From contig NC_043011.1 of assembly GCF_006345805.1 (NCBI RefSeq), forward strand, positions 58,106,464 through 58,170,463: DNA of 64,000 nt, written 5' to 3'. This document shows positions 25,237-39,003 of this stretch, piece by piece. The notes under the pieces were generated by a model, which was not told the origin of the DNA, did not search any database, and was given only the letters and a program-made list of their open reading frames with translations. The position numbers and the translations under genes were made by a program. Numbering within the stretch: position 1 is the first letter of the stretch; each line of letters starts with the position of its first letter. Source of the DNA: Octopus sinensis (taxonomy: Eukaryota).

Positions 25237-25305
<69 letters not shown>

Positions 25306-25550
25306 GATATATATATATATTTATATATTTATATATATAACTCTGGGTGTGTTTGTTTCCCACCCATGGGTTGACAACCGGTGCTGGTGTGTTCAAGTGC
25401 TCGTAACTTAGAGGTTCCGATAGAATGAGTAACGGGGTCTCCAAAAACTACAAAACCTCCCGGGACAGATTTATTCGGCTAACATTCCTCACGACTGTGC
25501 CCCAGTATGGTCGCAATTTAATGACTGAAATAAGTAACAAGATAAAAAGA
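24877..25550 (+). mobile_element. SINE family B split by an insertion in its central (TA)n
   Basis: 5' half at 24877-25048 and 3' half at 25341-25550, with an unrelated element at 25050-25238 between them. Confidence 0.75.
25050..25238 (-). mobile_element. ~190-bp non-coding element carrying a minimal HHR (25150-25184), flanked by (TA)n
   Basis: Minus strand: GTTT-CTGAAGA-A-GAAC TCC GCTC-GAAAC-GTT-AAAC. Stem I is 4 bp; stem II has one mismatch. Confidence 0.65.
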
Positions 25551-25691
25551 TGCAAGTGACGCGTTTCAGTAAAACCAACTTAGTTATCGACTCTAACGGA
25601 AGCCACTTACTCAAGTTGCCGTGTAGAAATATTGAACCCTAACCGCAGTGATTGCAAGTCAATGCTCTGAATTACATATACACAAGCTCAC

Positions 25692-25724
<33 letters not shown>

Positions 25725-26632
25725 CACACATACACACACACACATACATACACACACACACGCACACACAAACCTGTAGCATATTGTCCAACCTTCGACC
25801 TGCTAGCATCCATCTTCCCTCGTCATGGATTAGTATCTAACTATTTTCCCTGATTTGGGATTTACCTAATGAATATCCTTTTTATCAGGTTTTAACTGCT
25901 TTTATTTGGAGCTTTCCCCGCATTCTAGGCATAATGAACAACAGAATTATCCATTACGTATGTTTAACCTATCTCTCTCCGACGATGGAATAATCCGTGT
26001 ATGGAATCTTCGTTCGACACGATGTTTCTATAGCTGGGATATCTTAGAAACGGCTGCCAGGGACTATCTAAACATTTTATTATATATCTAAATTAAATGT
26101 CCTTGTTAAGCGTTGACAAACTTTTTGTCTTTACTTTTCTGCTTTAATATGTGTGGATGTGTGAACATGTATGAGTGTGTATATGTGTAAACATACATGT
26201 GAGCTGATGAAAATGTTATATATATTTATTATAGCAAGGGGTATGGTACCTCTTATCCGCGCAAACTTCCTACAACGAGGGTCTAAAAATTGAGAGATAA
26301 AAACTTGATAAAGAATATCTAATGACATAAAAATATGACTTATGATACTTCAATAATTATTTTGCCGTTTGATTTTTTTTTTAAAATTTCGCTTCAATTT
26401 TCACTTGATTTTCATGTAGAAGCGAGAGAAAATTAACATATGATATATCAAAGCGTGCATTATAGAGCTAAAGAAAATAATTTAAGTCTATATAGGAGTT
26501 GATAGAAAATTTTGATAAAAGTCTTTTGTCCATAAGATGGTATCAAAAATCTCAACATTACACAAAAATGTGAATTCAATAAATAAAATATTATGAACTA
26601 AATATAGTTTAATATTAAGAAAAATAATTATC

Positions 26633-26663
<31 letters not shown>

Positions 26664-26949
26664 GATTAATGTTAAGAATATTAATAATGATAATAATAAT
26701 TATTCTAACAAGATAATGACAATAAAAATAATAATGATACTAATAACATCATCATCAACACAACAACAACAATAGAAGAGGACGAGAAGTAAAATAGAAA
26801 GAAAGAATAAAGTAGAAAAATATCACAAAAAAAAAGAGAAAGAGAAGGTTGATGAAGAGGAAGGAGAAGAGGAGGCTGAAGAGTTGAAAGAAATTATATA
26901 GGAAAAGAAAAATAAGTAGAAACACTGTTGTGCAAGAAGAAATCTTTAA

Positions 26950-26959
26950 ATTCTATTAT

Positions 26960-26992
<33 letters not shown>

Positions 26993-27043
26993 TATATATA
27001 TATACATATGTATATACATATATATATATGCATATATATACAC

Positions 27044-27090
<47 letters not shown>

Positions 27091-27162
27091 CACGGTAAAT
27101 TGAATTTGCATGTATAAATATACATATGTTAATTGCTCAAATATGTATGTACATATATGTGT

Positions 27163-27207
<45 letters not shown>

Positions 27208-27287
27208 ACATATATATATATAATATATTATATATATATTTACCCACAGTGATATATATATATGTGTATATATATGTATATACACAT

Positions 27288-27326
<39 letters not shown>

Positions 27327-27448
27327 GACATGCCGCATGAAGTTATGAATACACATAAGACTTACACATGAAGGATTGTTAAGTGTATGTCTTCATTGAT
27401 TCATATGTGCAATTATATCTCTGAGTATATGAAAAAACATACGCATAT

Positions 27449-27481
<33 letters not shown>

Positions 27482-27561
27482 TATATATATGTATGTATAT
27501 GTATATATATATATATATACATACTATATGCACATATATATATATTTGTGTGTACATACAT

Positions 27562-27605
<44 letters not shown>

Positions 27606-27911
27606 TCACACACACATTTTAATGCGTTTATATATCTATATATAACTGATTCTTCGTAACCGTATACATTGACTAATGAATAAACACTTGTCAATAAAAG
27701 TATATATGATTGCATTTCATTCATACTTCCCGAAATTTACGTATACATATGCGTGTGTGCGCACGTGTGTGTGTATGTGTGTGCGCACGTGTGTGTGTAT
27801 GTGTGTGTGGATTGTTGAGAAATATTTATATCTTCATAATATTTCTTACTATTTATTGGGATTCTGAAAAGGAGATATATATTTTACATTGTGTGTCTTC
27901 ATATTCACATC

Positions 27912-27974
<63 letters not shown>

Positions 27975-28092
27975 TTATATATAATTATATATATTCATAT
28001 ATATGCATGTATTATAGACTAGTAGATAGAGACGAATATATGTTGACATATACATATGTATATGTATATATATATATATACATATTTATATA

Positions 28093-28131
<39 letters not shown>

Positions 28132-28138
28132 TATATAT

Positions 28139-28169
<31 letters not shown>

Positions 28170-28190
28170 ATATATATATATGCGTGGGTG
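26950..28190. repeat. (TA)/(CA)/(TACA) microsatellite field
   Basis: Directly visible. Confidence 0.9.
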
Positions 28191-29255
28191 CATAAATCTA
28201 TATACACGCATACATATGTAGGCATCTGCTCTGCATTCAGTAACTGTTCTTTGATATTCCACGAATCCCATTGTATTAGTTTGAATGATGGGAAATGCAA
28301 AGTGAAAATGAAAATTATTATATTGTGGAGTTGAAGAAAATAAATACCGTATATTAGAAAATCTCATTCCATTCGCTACGGGGGTGTTTGAACATAGAAA
28401 TTATTTGAATTAGATGCCTAGATGCCATCTAATACATAATATACGATTATGCTTGTAAGCGTGTATAATGTGTAACTTAATGCATGGATGTACGTATACG
28501 CTTAGCACTACGTATATTCTGATATATATATATATGTGTGTTTGTGTGTGTGTGAGTTTTTATGCGTAATTTTATTTGTATACTTGTATATGTATATTTA
28601 CTTAGATGTGGTGTGTGTGTGTTTGTGTATCTCTGTGTATCTATGTATTCATATATATCAAATAGGGAGTAAAAGCATAACTTAAGTAACGGCATAGGAT
28701 CTCATCGGAATAAATGTAATTATGCTCCAGTTTCTATGCTAAGAATACTTTCGTCGTCACTTACACACACACACATACACACACAGACACAGACACGCAT
28801 ACACACATGCACACACACAACACACACATGTGCACACAAACATACAAGGACACAAACGCATACACACGCTCACTCACACACACACGCACACACCTCACAC
28901 ACATCACAATGTCTCAGAGTTTTGGTAACACCAGCAAAAAAAAAAATCCACGTTCCATATTTTTATTGCATTTTGATTTCTCTTTCTAAGACTGGTGACA
29001 TTTTACTTTTTTTCTGACCAGTGACTCGTACATACATACATACATGAATACATACATACACACATACATACATGCATACATACATGCATACATACATACA
29101 TACATGAATACATACATACACACATACATACATGCATACATACATACATACATACATACATACATACATACATACATACATACACACATACATAAATATA
29201 TACATACACTCTCATACATACATACTCATACATACATGCACACGCATACATACAT

Positions 29256-29872
29256 ACTGAGGATATCAGCCACATTATAAGCAGTTGTCCGAAAATATCA
29301 TCAGGGTATTATCTACCGATGACACATAATATTGTAGCTAGGACACTCTATATTGAAATCTGTTGGAAGGATAACCCCGAGGACAAAGAAATAAGAACCC
29401 ACAGTATGGTAGAAGCCATACCCACTTATAATAAAAGAGATTACTGGTGGAATGTTCCAGTGAAGATCTCAATAAAATGTAAGGACATCAGACCTGATAT
29501 AATGATTTGGGATAGAGAAGAGAAACTGTGCACAGTTGCGGAAATTAGCTGCCCAGTGGACGTTAACATAAAGCTGAAGATCATGGAAAAAGAGAACACC
29601 TACACTGCATTATTGAAACATCTGCAGTTACTCTATCCAGAATACAAGTTCAGGTTTACACCTGTAATTATTGGGGACCTGGGATATGTAATACACTGCC
29701 TAAATACCAATTTTGAGAAATTAGGGTTCGAAAACCCAGAAAGGAAAAAGCTAATTCGAAGACTACAGATCTAATCCATCACTGGAACTGTAAATATCTG
29801 TAAAACTCTCCAGAAGTTTATCATTTAAATATGTACGAGCATTTCTAGATAAGAAATTATATGCATGAGAAT
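29256..29872 (+). mobile_element. 3' end of a second RLE-type non-LTR retrotransposon (CCHC knuckle tail, PD-(D/E)xK endonuclease, short 3' UTR)
   Basis: TEDISHIISSCPK..YYLPMTHNIVA...RPDIMIWD...AEISCPVDVN..K..EK..Y..L...PVIIGDLG; one premature stop near 29772. (ACAT)n on both sides. Confidence 0.85.
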
Positions 29873-30245
29873 ACATACATATACATACATACATACATAC
29901 ATACATACATACAAACAAAAATACACTGTTGTTGATGATGAAATTCCAATGGCGAGATATTGGCTCTTTCTCTATAGGCAAGACATTTTGAAATAGAATT
30001 GAATAATGACACACACACACACACACACACATACACAAACACACACACACATACACAAACACACACACACATACACAAACACACACACACATACACACAA
30101 ACACACACACACAAATACTTACATATAAATACATATGTATATACATACATACATACATAGATATCGACATCAACTAGCGTCCACTTCTCTCTCCTTCTCT
30201 CCAAATATATAATATATATATATATAATATATATATATTATATAT

Positions 30246-30294
<49 letters not shown>

Positions 30295-30497
30295 GTGTGT
30301 GTGTGTATATATTTGTTGAATATGCATTTTGGGGTCCTATTATCATTGTCGTTTTCAAGGCCACTGTTTGCTTCGGGACTTAAAATGTACACTCTCCTCC
30401 AAGCAAGCCGACCTAGGCTGGGGAAGCGTCGACTGGTGTTAACGCAGCAATCTATTAACCCCTACGATTTCCTCTATTCAACCAGATCTGTCTATAT

Positions 30498-30826
30498 CAA
30501 GGGTACTCAACCATATTTTACCTAAAGACCCCTTTAATTAGTCCCATAGCCATTCGATGTTTAAATACTCGTTTTATGGAAACAGCTTTGGAAATTCTTA
30601 TATTATCTTTTCACACATTCACTTGTGTAGGTTGAACTGTGCAAAATGTTAAAGAACGAAGCCTAGCTCTTTCTTGCAATATATACCAATGCAAACGTCG
30701 AAAGTAAAATGTTTTAAATAACTTTTAAAATCCTATTGCAGATCACGAATTTAACATTTTGTTATGTGGATTGTCAATCTCATATGGACCCTCAGGGGCC
30801 ATAAGGACCCTGGCCGAGAACCACTC
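30498..30826. mobile_element. hAT (Charlie-like) non-autonomous element
   Basis: Degenerate TIRs CAAGGGTACTCAACC and GGCCGAGAACCACTC; 8-bp TSD GTCTATAT (30490-30497) / ATCTATAT (30827-30834), 7/8 identical. Confidence 0.65.
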
Positions 30827-32161
30827 ATCTATATTCCACCTCAGTATCTTCTACGCACTTCTTATTCGCTCATGTGGTCGTTTCTCTAATGCCAAACTTT
30901 GCTTAAGCCTTATCCTGTTTACGACCTACGAAGAATCTCTTACTCTTCATCTGTTGTATATTAGTATCGCTCTTTCTCTCCCTCCGTCCCTCTCTCTCTC
31001 TTTCCTTATCATCTATGTATGTATGTATGTATGTATTTATGTATGTATGTATGTATGTATGTATGTATGTATGTATGTATGTATGTATGTATGTATGTAT
31101 GTATCTATCTATGCATCTATCTATCTATTTGCTTATCTGTATTTGTGTGTGTGTATACATCTATGCGTATGTAAGGATAGACTGGTCTTTGTAATGCAAC
31201 TTACGATCTTGAACACATAAAGCCATAAACCTGGAGCTTTATAATTCTGATTATTCTTTTCTGAGGAAGGAACCTACTCGTTATCTTGTATGCACATCGT
31301 CTCTACTTACCCTCACACCCTAATTAATAATCTTGCTTTGAAATGTTCCCTGGCAATTTCAAATCTAACCGTTAACATACACATTTGTAATAACCAAGCA
31401 ACTTACAACACCGGAGCTCTTGTCAGGGGGATTTGGAAAGCTGAAAGAGTATTTACAACCCACCAATCAGATACAAGTTATCCTGTAGTGAGGAGTAGGA
31501 ACCCTAATTGAAGAAACATCATATAATAACCCTCCATTTAGAGTTAATCAGCTAGTTTAAACTTTCTTCCGTCTTCTTATGAAACACTTTCATCAACAGC
31601 ATAAATACACCGTTGGCTATATTGCATAAGACTTTAGAATTAGGTTGATTCTCTCCACTTTATTTGTCAAAAGCATTAGCCACCCTCTTCTCACATTCTT
31701 AGGATAAGATATACAGAAATACCAACTAGAGCAATATTATCTTGAGTACCTGACTTTTAGACTATAAATCTAAATACAGGCATTTAATCAGTTTCCAAGC
31801 CAGGGATTGTATGGCCCCAAACGATGGCATGGCAAACTTTCTGGAAAATTTCTGGAATCAGAGCGACCACACTCTAATTGAAAGAGGCCAAACAACTACA
31901 AATAATTTCTCCCTAAAATAGTCTATTATTAGTTTATACATTGATTTTTCATTCAGAGAAACATATGTACACATACACAAAAAAACACATACACACGCCC
32001 CCCACACACATTCACACACACGCTCACACAGACACACATACATATAAGTGTAAAATATATGTCGAGTAAATAATTCAATCGGTAGGACGTATTCAGCGTC
32101 TCCTTGCAACATATAGGCATGATAGCTTTTGTGCCCTTAAGTGTAATCGTACCCTACACAG

Positions 32162-32232
<71 letters not shown>

Positions 32233-33928
32233 AATCATTGCTTATGTCTTAGGTTTCATAGTGACCAAACGTTGTGACACCATTAGAAAGTCTTGCATGA
32301 ATTAAATGTTATTGCTTTGAAGTCCAACATTTGGTAAAACCGTCTAAAAGTAATTGTTTATATTGGTTATATTGGTCTGTTAACCTTCTGTACAATGTTG
32401 AAACGTCTCTGGTGGGTAAGAAACTTGACCAAGTCGAAGCTGTTACATGCGACACATTCTACTTTCCAGAGAAGCAAAACTTGCAGAACAAACAGCTTCA
32501 AATACACACACCATTTACAAATATTTCATTTTGCTTTCCTTGAAAAACTTATTATGTATACAGGATAAATATTGAGCGTAATGAGTTGATGCCTTTTCCA
32601 GCCTCGGCGTCTATTGAGAGGAGGGTGGTATGTGTGTATGTATTGCGTGCTTGACGAAATTGCACAATGATTTGGAATTAAGTTGAAAGATCTTGAAATA
32701 AACGTTCAAAGTTGGGTAGTACACCATTTGTTGACAATACAGCTGATGGTGTTAGACTAGCAGAAAGTTTTATTGCGTTACAAAGAAATTAAACTGCTCA
32801 AGATCTTCTCTACTATAGAACTCGGCTTGAAATCTTGGAGGAGGGGGTCTCGTTGATTTCCTCGATTCCAGTATTTGACTGGCACTTATTTTATCGACTC
32901 CCGAAAATATGAACCAGAAAATCGATATCAGCGGACAAAATGTCGCTATGCATGTCGTCCGGCGTCCTAATGATTATTCCAGCTCACTGCTTTCAGGATA
33001 GATTTAATAAGTAACTGAATTGCTTAAAGAGAAGTAGTGAAATTGCTATAAAGTTCCAATTGTTTTCCCAGGATTTAAAATCATATTCCGATGACATTCT
33101 TACTTCTTAACGAGTAAGAGTAAGGTTTTAATCGAGAATCTATCCTGCTAACCAAAGAAATAACAATCCTTTACAAATCACAAGTAGAGACGACCTTTCT
33201 TTATCTCTAACAAGTACAGATGCTGAGATTGGATAAAAACAAAAAAAATGCAAAACAGCATGGAAGATCTCACAGAAAAAGGTAATAGAGTAAACAGGAA
33301 ATACGAAATATTAATTTTTATTTTACTAAACGATCTTGTATTCAAAAGAAATAATTTCTTCAGAAGTTATAAAATTGGTAGGTGTCAATGGAAACATTTT
33401 ATGCGTGTTATATTAGAAAAATAGCGTATGATTATAAACCATAAAACATTTATATCAAATAAATGTGAAATTAATAGGCGCTGATATATCTCTCTTTTAG
33501 TTTTTTCATTAATGGCGGAAAACATTACACCTTTGGAAAAAATGAAAGTTTTAAATAATTAGTATAAATTTTTGTTAAAACATTGTTTCTATTATAATTA
33601 TCAGTATTCATAGAAATAAAATTTATGATAAAATAACTAATTTAGAACAATTAATATTCAAATTTCGTTATTACTTAATAAATTTTACCGGTTATATTTA
33701 TGTTACAGGAATGTCTAGGGAACCATAGCATGAAATTAACGATTCTATGTATTCGGATGTGCATGAGGTAGAACGGTTGCGAAAACTCTGATTCGATTCA
33801 CTTATACAATTTTACCATTAATAATTCGACACATGCACATATACATACACACACACACACACACACACCACACACACACACACACACACATACACAAACA
33901 CACACTCACACACACACACGCATAGATC

Positions 33929-33967
<39 letters not shown>

Positions 33968-34335
33968 AATGGGGCTATATGTGTGGATATGCATATTAAT
34001 GTGCATATATCCATATAAATGCATATAGATTCATACACATGCATATATATATATGTGTGTATATGTAAAATGTATATATATATATATTTTACATGTGTGA
34101 GCGCGTGTGCATGTGTACATATATATGTAGTCAAATCTTTGTATGTATGTATGTACGTATGTAAGTATGTTTGTATCTATGCATGTGTAAGTGTCTATGA
34201 TTGTATCTATCCATGTATATATGCACAGATGTGTGTGTATGTGTCTGTGTGTGTGTGTGTGTGCATGTATGTGTGTCTGTATTTGTGTGTATTTCTGTGT
34301 GCGTTTCTGAGTGTGTCCCTTGTACACTACTGAAG

Positions 34336-34645
34336 CACGCAACAACATTTTTCGAAAGCTGAAAAGCAAAGAACGTATCTTCACAATCGGATGATATTTG
34401 TGAGTCAAATGAGATGAATATCAACTACACACTCGAATGGCCAATAACATGTTGCGCGAAGTGTTTTACCAGTAATAAAAGACGTTGCACTGTACGACCT
34501 AATGGATGTATAACAACATTATTTGCAAATGGCAATCAACAACATAGATACAGAAAATTACAGAAGACCTCATAATCTCTTGCCAACTTCAGTTGAACCT
34601 GAAGATGACCAAAATCATGGTTTGCGGTCAATGTATTCAAATAAA
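34336..34645 (+). mobile_element. Decayed Penelope-like element 3' end (GIY-YIG C-terminal region plus remnant HHR)
   Basis: Frame +1 reads HATTFFES*...ICESNEMNINYTLEWPITCCAKCFTSNKRRC...HRYRKL...*, resembling my recollection of PLE endonuclease tails. It is followed by CTGAAGA-TGACC..GGTCA (34599-34630) and AATAAA. Confidence 0.45.
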
Positions 34646-35948
34646 CACGCCAAGGCGGTGCACCAGCATGGCCGCAGTCCAATGACTGAAACAAACGAAT
34701 GAAGGCGAAATATGTCCATTCGCTAACATTCAGCCAAAGTATAGAGACTCAAATTATGCTCAGTAAGTACACTAAGTTTTAGTAGTTGAGGACAACTCAC
34801 TGGACTCAGTTATTGAACTTATCATAACTTGTTTTTTACTCCCTTCTTTCTTTCCTCGTAACACCTTTGTATCTGAGGTTTGCGGTTTTGCTTTTTTTTT
34901 TCCTACCAACATTAATTGGCGTGAAAACATAACTCATAATCTGTCTCCATTAACAGTATCGATAATTAGAAAGGTTAGCCCGTCGGGTAAAACCCATCGC
35001 GTCATTCCTGACTGCTTTTCAGATTTTTACGTTCAATTTCCGCTGGGGTCAACTGTGTATTCTCATTTTTCTAGTTCGTTAAAATAAATTCATGTCGAGA
35101 AGTAGCATCGATCGAACCTATCATCCCACGTCTCTAGAATTATTTGCATTGAACGTTCACAGTTTATTTTCTGATATTCAGTTGATGTCTTACACACAGT
35201 TATCGTTGTTCATACAGTAATTTTTCTTCTTTTTTTTTCTTTTAATCATTATATCTCGGACTGTCATGCATACAGGCACGTCCACGTACGCACATATTCA
35301 CAGGTATTTATATACACACACGAATACACACGGATAACGAAAGAACATTCTCTTTTCCAGTTAACTCTAGATTTATTTAAGTAACACACACGCACTCACA
35401 TATATACATATACATTTATGCATATACATATGTATGGGTATTTTCATCCAAAATATACACCACTACCACACCTCCATGTGACACGCTTGAAAAATTGTGA
35501 AGGTCTTCCATATGAAACCATTGGTTGCTAAGTTAAGAATACCCGCCACTCCCGGTATTCAACACTCATTCCTAGTCTTCGATATTAGCATGTATATGGT
35601 GTGTATGTGTGTGTACGTGTGTATGTGTGTGTCTGTGTGTTTGTGTGTGTGCGTGCGTGGGTGTACCGCGTGCTTCCACGCGGTTTTCGTGTACGAAACT
35701 CAGTCAAAAAGTATTGAGCGATCCGGATCTTACCCAAGAAGTTGACACGGGCCTTAGTTTCCATACGGTGGGACTGAACCCGAAATTACATGTTTGCAAT
35801 GTCAGTCACTTTACCGTAGAACCATGCCAGCACGTAATTATCTAAAAATTTCTTGAGGCTTTCTTTCTGCATATTTTTGCATGGAAAATATATTTTGTAA
35901 CATAAAACCTTGTTTGATAGAAAACTAATTTAATAAACATTCGCTAAA

Positions 35949-36490
35949 AGGCGGCGAGCTGGCAAAAACGTTAGCACGCCGGGCGAAATGCGTAGCCTTA
36001 TTTCGTCTGCCGTTACGATCTGAGTTCAAATTCCACCGAGGTTGACTTTGCCTTTCGGGGTCGATTAAATAAGTACCAATTACGCACTGGGGTCGATATA
36101 ATCGACTTAATCCGTTTGTCTGTTCCTGTTTGTCCTCTCTGTGTTTAGCCCCTTGTGGGCAATAAAGAAATAGGTATTTCGCCTGCCACTACGTTCTGAG
36201 TTCAAATTCCGCCGAGGTCGACTTTTGCCTTTCATCCTTTCGGGGTCGATTAGATAAGTACCAGTTACGCACTGGGGCCGATATAATCGACTTCATCCGT
36301 TTGTCTGTCCTTCTTTGTCCTCTCTGTGTTTAGCCCCTTGTGGGTAGTAAAGAAATATGTATTTCGTCTGCTGCTACGTTCTGAGTTCAAATTCCGCCGA
36401 GGCCGACTTTGCCTTTCATTCTTTCGGGGTCGTTTGTCTGTCCTTGTTTGTCCCTTCTAAGTTTAACCCCTTGTGGACAGTAAAGAAATA
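35949..36490 (+). mobile_element. tRNA-headed MetaSINE-like element: one head plus three tandem body units
   Basis: Head 'ggcggcgagctggca...'; core 'gaggtcgactttgcctttcatcctttcggggtcgat' resembles the Meta/Sauria SINE core. Units restart at ~36174 and ~36359. Confidence 0.9.
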
Positions 36491-37329
36491 TATAAGAATT
36501 CCGTTCCTGCTTTATACTGTTATCTCCATCTCCTTCCTCACTCCTCTCATCCCGTCCGGAGTTGTCTCTTCACTGAATTTCTTGTTCATTCTTCTTTATT
36601 AAGCATATTCATTCTTAACACGTCTGAGTAAATTCAGACGCAACGTATCCTGGGCCCTGTAGAGTATGCCAAAAGGGAATTAATAGAATTAGTACACTAG
36701 ATACACTATTTATGAAACGAGAAATATTTTATAGAGGCTGATCTATTGATTTAACGAATTGAAAACTTATCGACGAAGATAACGTATTTTTAATCTCACA
36801 TTTTTCTCAGTTAGAGTATATACGTCTGACTAGTTGTGTTTTACTAAGTTCAGCACAACTGAGTAACTAATTTGAACAAAACGTCAGTGGTTGCACATAT
36901 TTTCCTCAGAACTGATGCTCGATGTCAATGCTTGTAAGCAGATGTAGTTCTAGACAGACTAATTCAGTTTTATGCGAGTTTGTCTATTCAACAAATAATT
37001 AGATGACAGCTGTGAGTTACTTGCCTTACAGATGACGTGCGTGTACACGGCTGTAATCGTCTTATATTTATTGATATAATATTTTATGTATGATATTGGA
37101 AACTGAACAACTATCAGTGGTTACCAAAGCACAGAAACAACTGTTGTAGTTAGTGATTGAATACTGCTCATTCTATGTTCTTGTTTTATACATTCTGCGT
37201 ACACTATCGGATTCCCTCATGTATATCCAGTATGATGGCATATGATAGCCAATAAACGCATAGGAGCTTTGAAATGCACGTTGTAAGGTTATTACCCAGA
37301 TGATATTATATTATATCCATACATACAAT

Positions 37330-37560
37330 AAGGCGACGAGCTGGCAGAAGCGTTAGCACGCTGGGCGAAATGCTTAGTAGTATTTCGTCTGCTGCTTCAT
37401 TCTGAGTTCAAATTCCGCCGAGGTCGACTTTGCTTTTCATTCTTTCGGGGTCGATAAATAAAGTACCAGTTACGCACTGGAGTCGATGTAATCGACTTAA
37501 TCCGTCTGTCTGTCCTTGTTTGCCCCTCTATCTTTATCCCCTTGTGGGCAATAAAGAAAT
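37330..37560 (+). mobile_element. MetaSINE-like element, single unit
   Basis: High identity to 35949-36172. Confidence 0.9.
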
Positions 37561-38763
37561 ATATATGCATACATACATATACATATACAGTAAGAGAGAG
37601 AGAGAAAGAGAGAGGGAGAGAAAAAGAAAGAGAGAGAGATAAAGAGAGAGAGAGAGAGAGAGAGAGTTACAGTTTGGATAGTTTGCGTGAAATTTTGCGG
37701 ACATATGCCAAATGATTCAGAAATCCTCGACAATGCATTTGGGAAATGATATGCAATTGACAAAAACAGAAAATAAAAAGAGAAAGAATGAACATAAGAA
37801 TGAAATAAGTGATATATTGAAAATTATTTCGCGATATTAACATATTTCGCGAAAAAAATAAGGCAAAAAGATAAACAAAGACAAGTTATCGAAGTGTGAA
37901 CATAATATGAGAAAGTCTGCGACTGTTGCTTATTTCAGTGGGTCATCAATTGTGTTGCTTTTGCGTGAAAATCGAAGCTGAAAATTGTGTTTCACTCTCT
38001 ACTTATGTCGGTATTTAGAAATCATATTTCTGAAAAGAGAAAAATGTCTGTAAGGAATTCTTTTCCATATTGGTTGGTCGGAGGTGGGGGTAGGGTGAAT
38101 GTATGGAGCACTCTTACGATTGAAACTGCGCAATCGAGACACACTTATTTTAGATGGTTTTCATCCAATGAGGCGCGAATCGAGAGGTGTTATTTGATAA
38201 CATTATGACAATGCAAAAATGTTCATTTGTGAAGATATTGCCTGGACTTTTGTGCCACGAAGCACATGCAAGATGAGGTTAGAAGAAGAGAGAGAGAGAG
38301 AGGAAGATAGAGAGAAAGAGGAGAAATAAGAAAACGCACACATGTGTATGTAATGCGTATACGTGTATGAGTGTGTGTATATGAATATGGTTATATCCAT
38401 CAATGTACGTATTATACATATATAAATTGATATATGCATTCATATATACATACATGATATTTGTCACCTATACTTACATATATACACAATGCCCACGCCC
38501 TATGCGCAGAGACACCTCCGCGCGCGCGTGCACACATGCGCACGCATATATATGCATATCAATCCTCGGGTCACGGCTCCGCTGCGACAGAACTATTTCC
38601 CCTTAGCTGCCCCCTCTATTTTTGAACTTCATGCTTGGAGGCGTAAGAGAAGAGAAGTACCTAAGGACATTCAATCGGTTCCCTGACGAATATCCCCAGC
38701 AAAATTCCAGATAAACCACCTACACCCGGATATATCTCTGGAAACAATAAATCTTTATTGGAA

Positions 38764-39003
38764 CGGACTCCGAGCTGGCAGAAACGTTAGCACGCCGGGC
38801 GAAATGCTTAGCAGTATTTCGTCTGCTGATACGTTCTGAGTTCAAATTCCGCCGAGATCGACTTTGCCTTTCATCCTTTCGGGGTCGATAAGTTAAGTAC
38901 CAGTTACGCACTGGGGTCGATATAATCGACTTAATCCCTTTGTCTGTCCTTGTTTGTCTTCTCTGTGTTTAGCCTCTTGTGGGTAGTAAAGAAATAGGTA
39001 TTT
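38764..39003 (+). mobile_element. MetaSINE-like element ending in 'aaagaaataGGTATTT'
   Basis: High identity to 35949-36180. Confidence 0.9.

Noticed and set aside
35949-36490. Tandem units as a CRISPR-like array
   Set aside because: The units are ~185-bp SINE bodies with no unique spacers, in a eukaryotic context with no cas genes.
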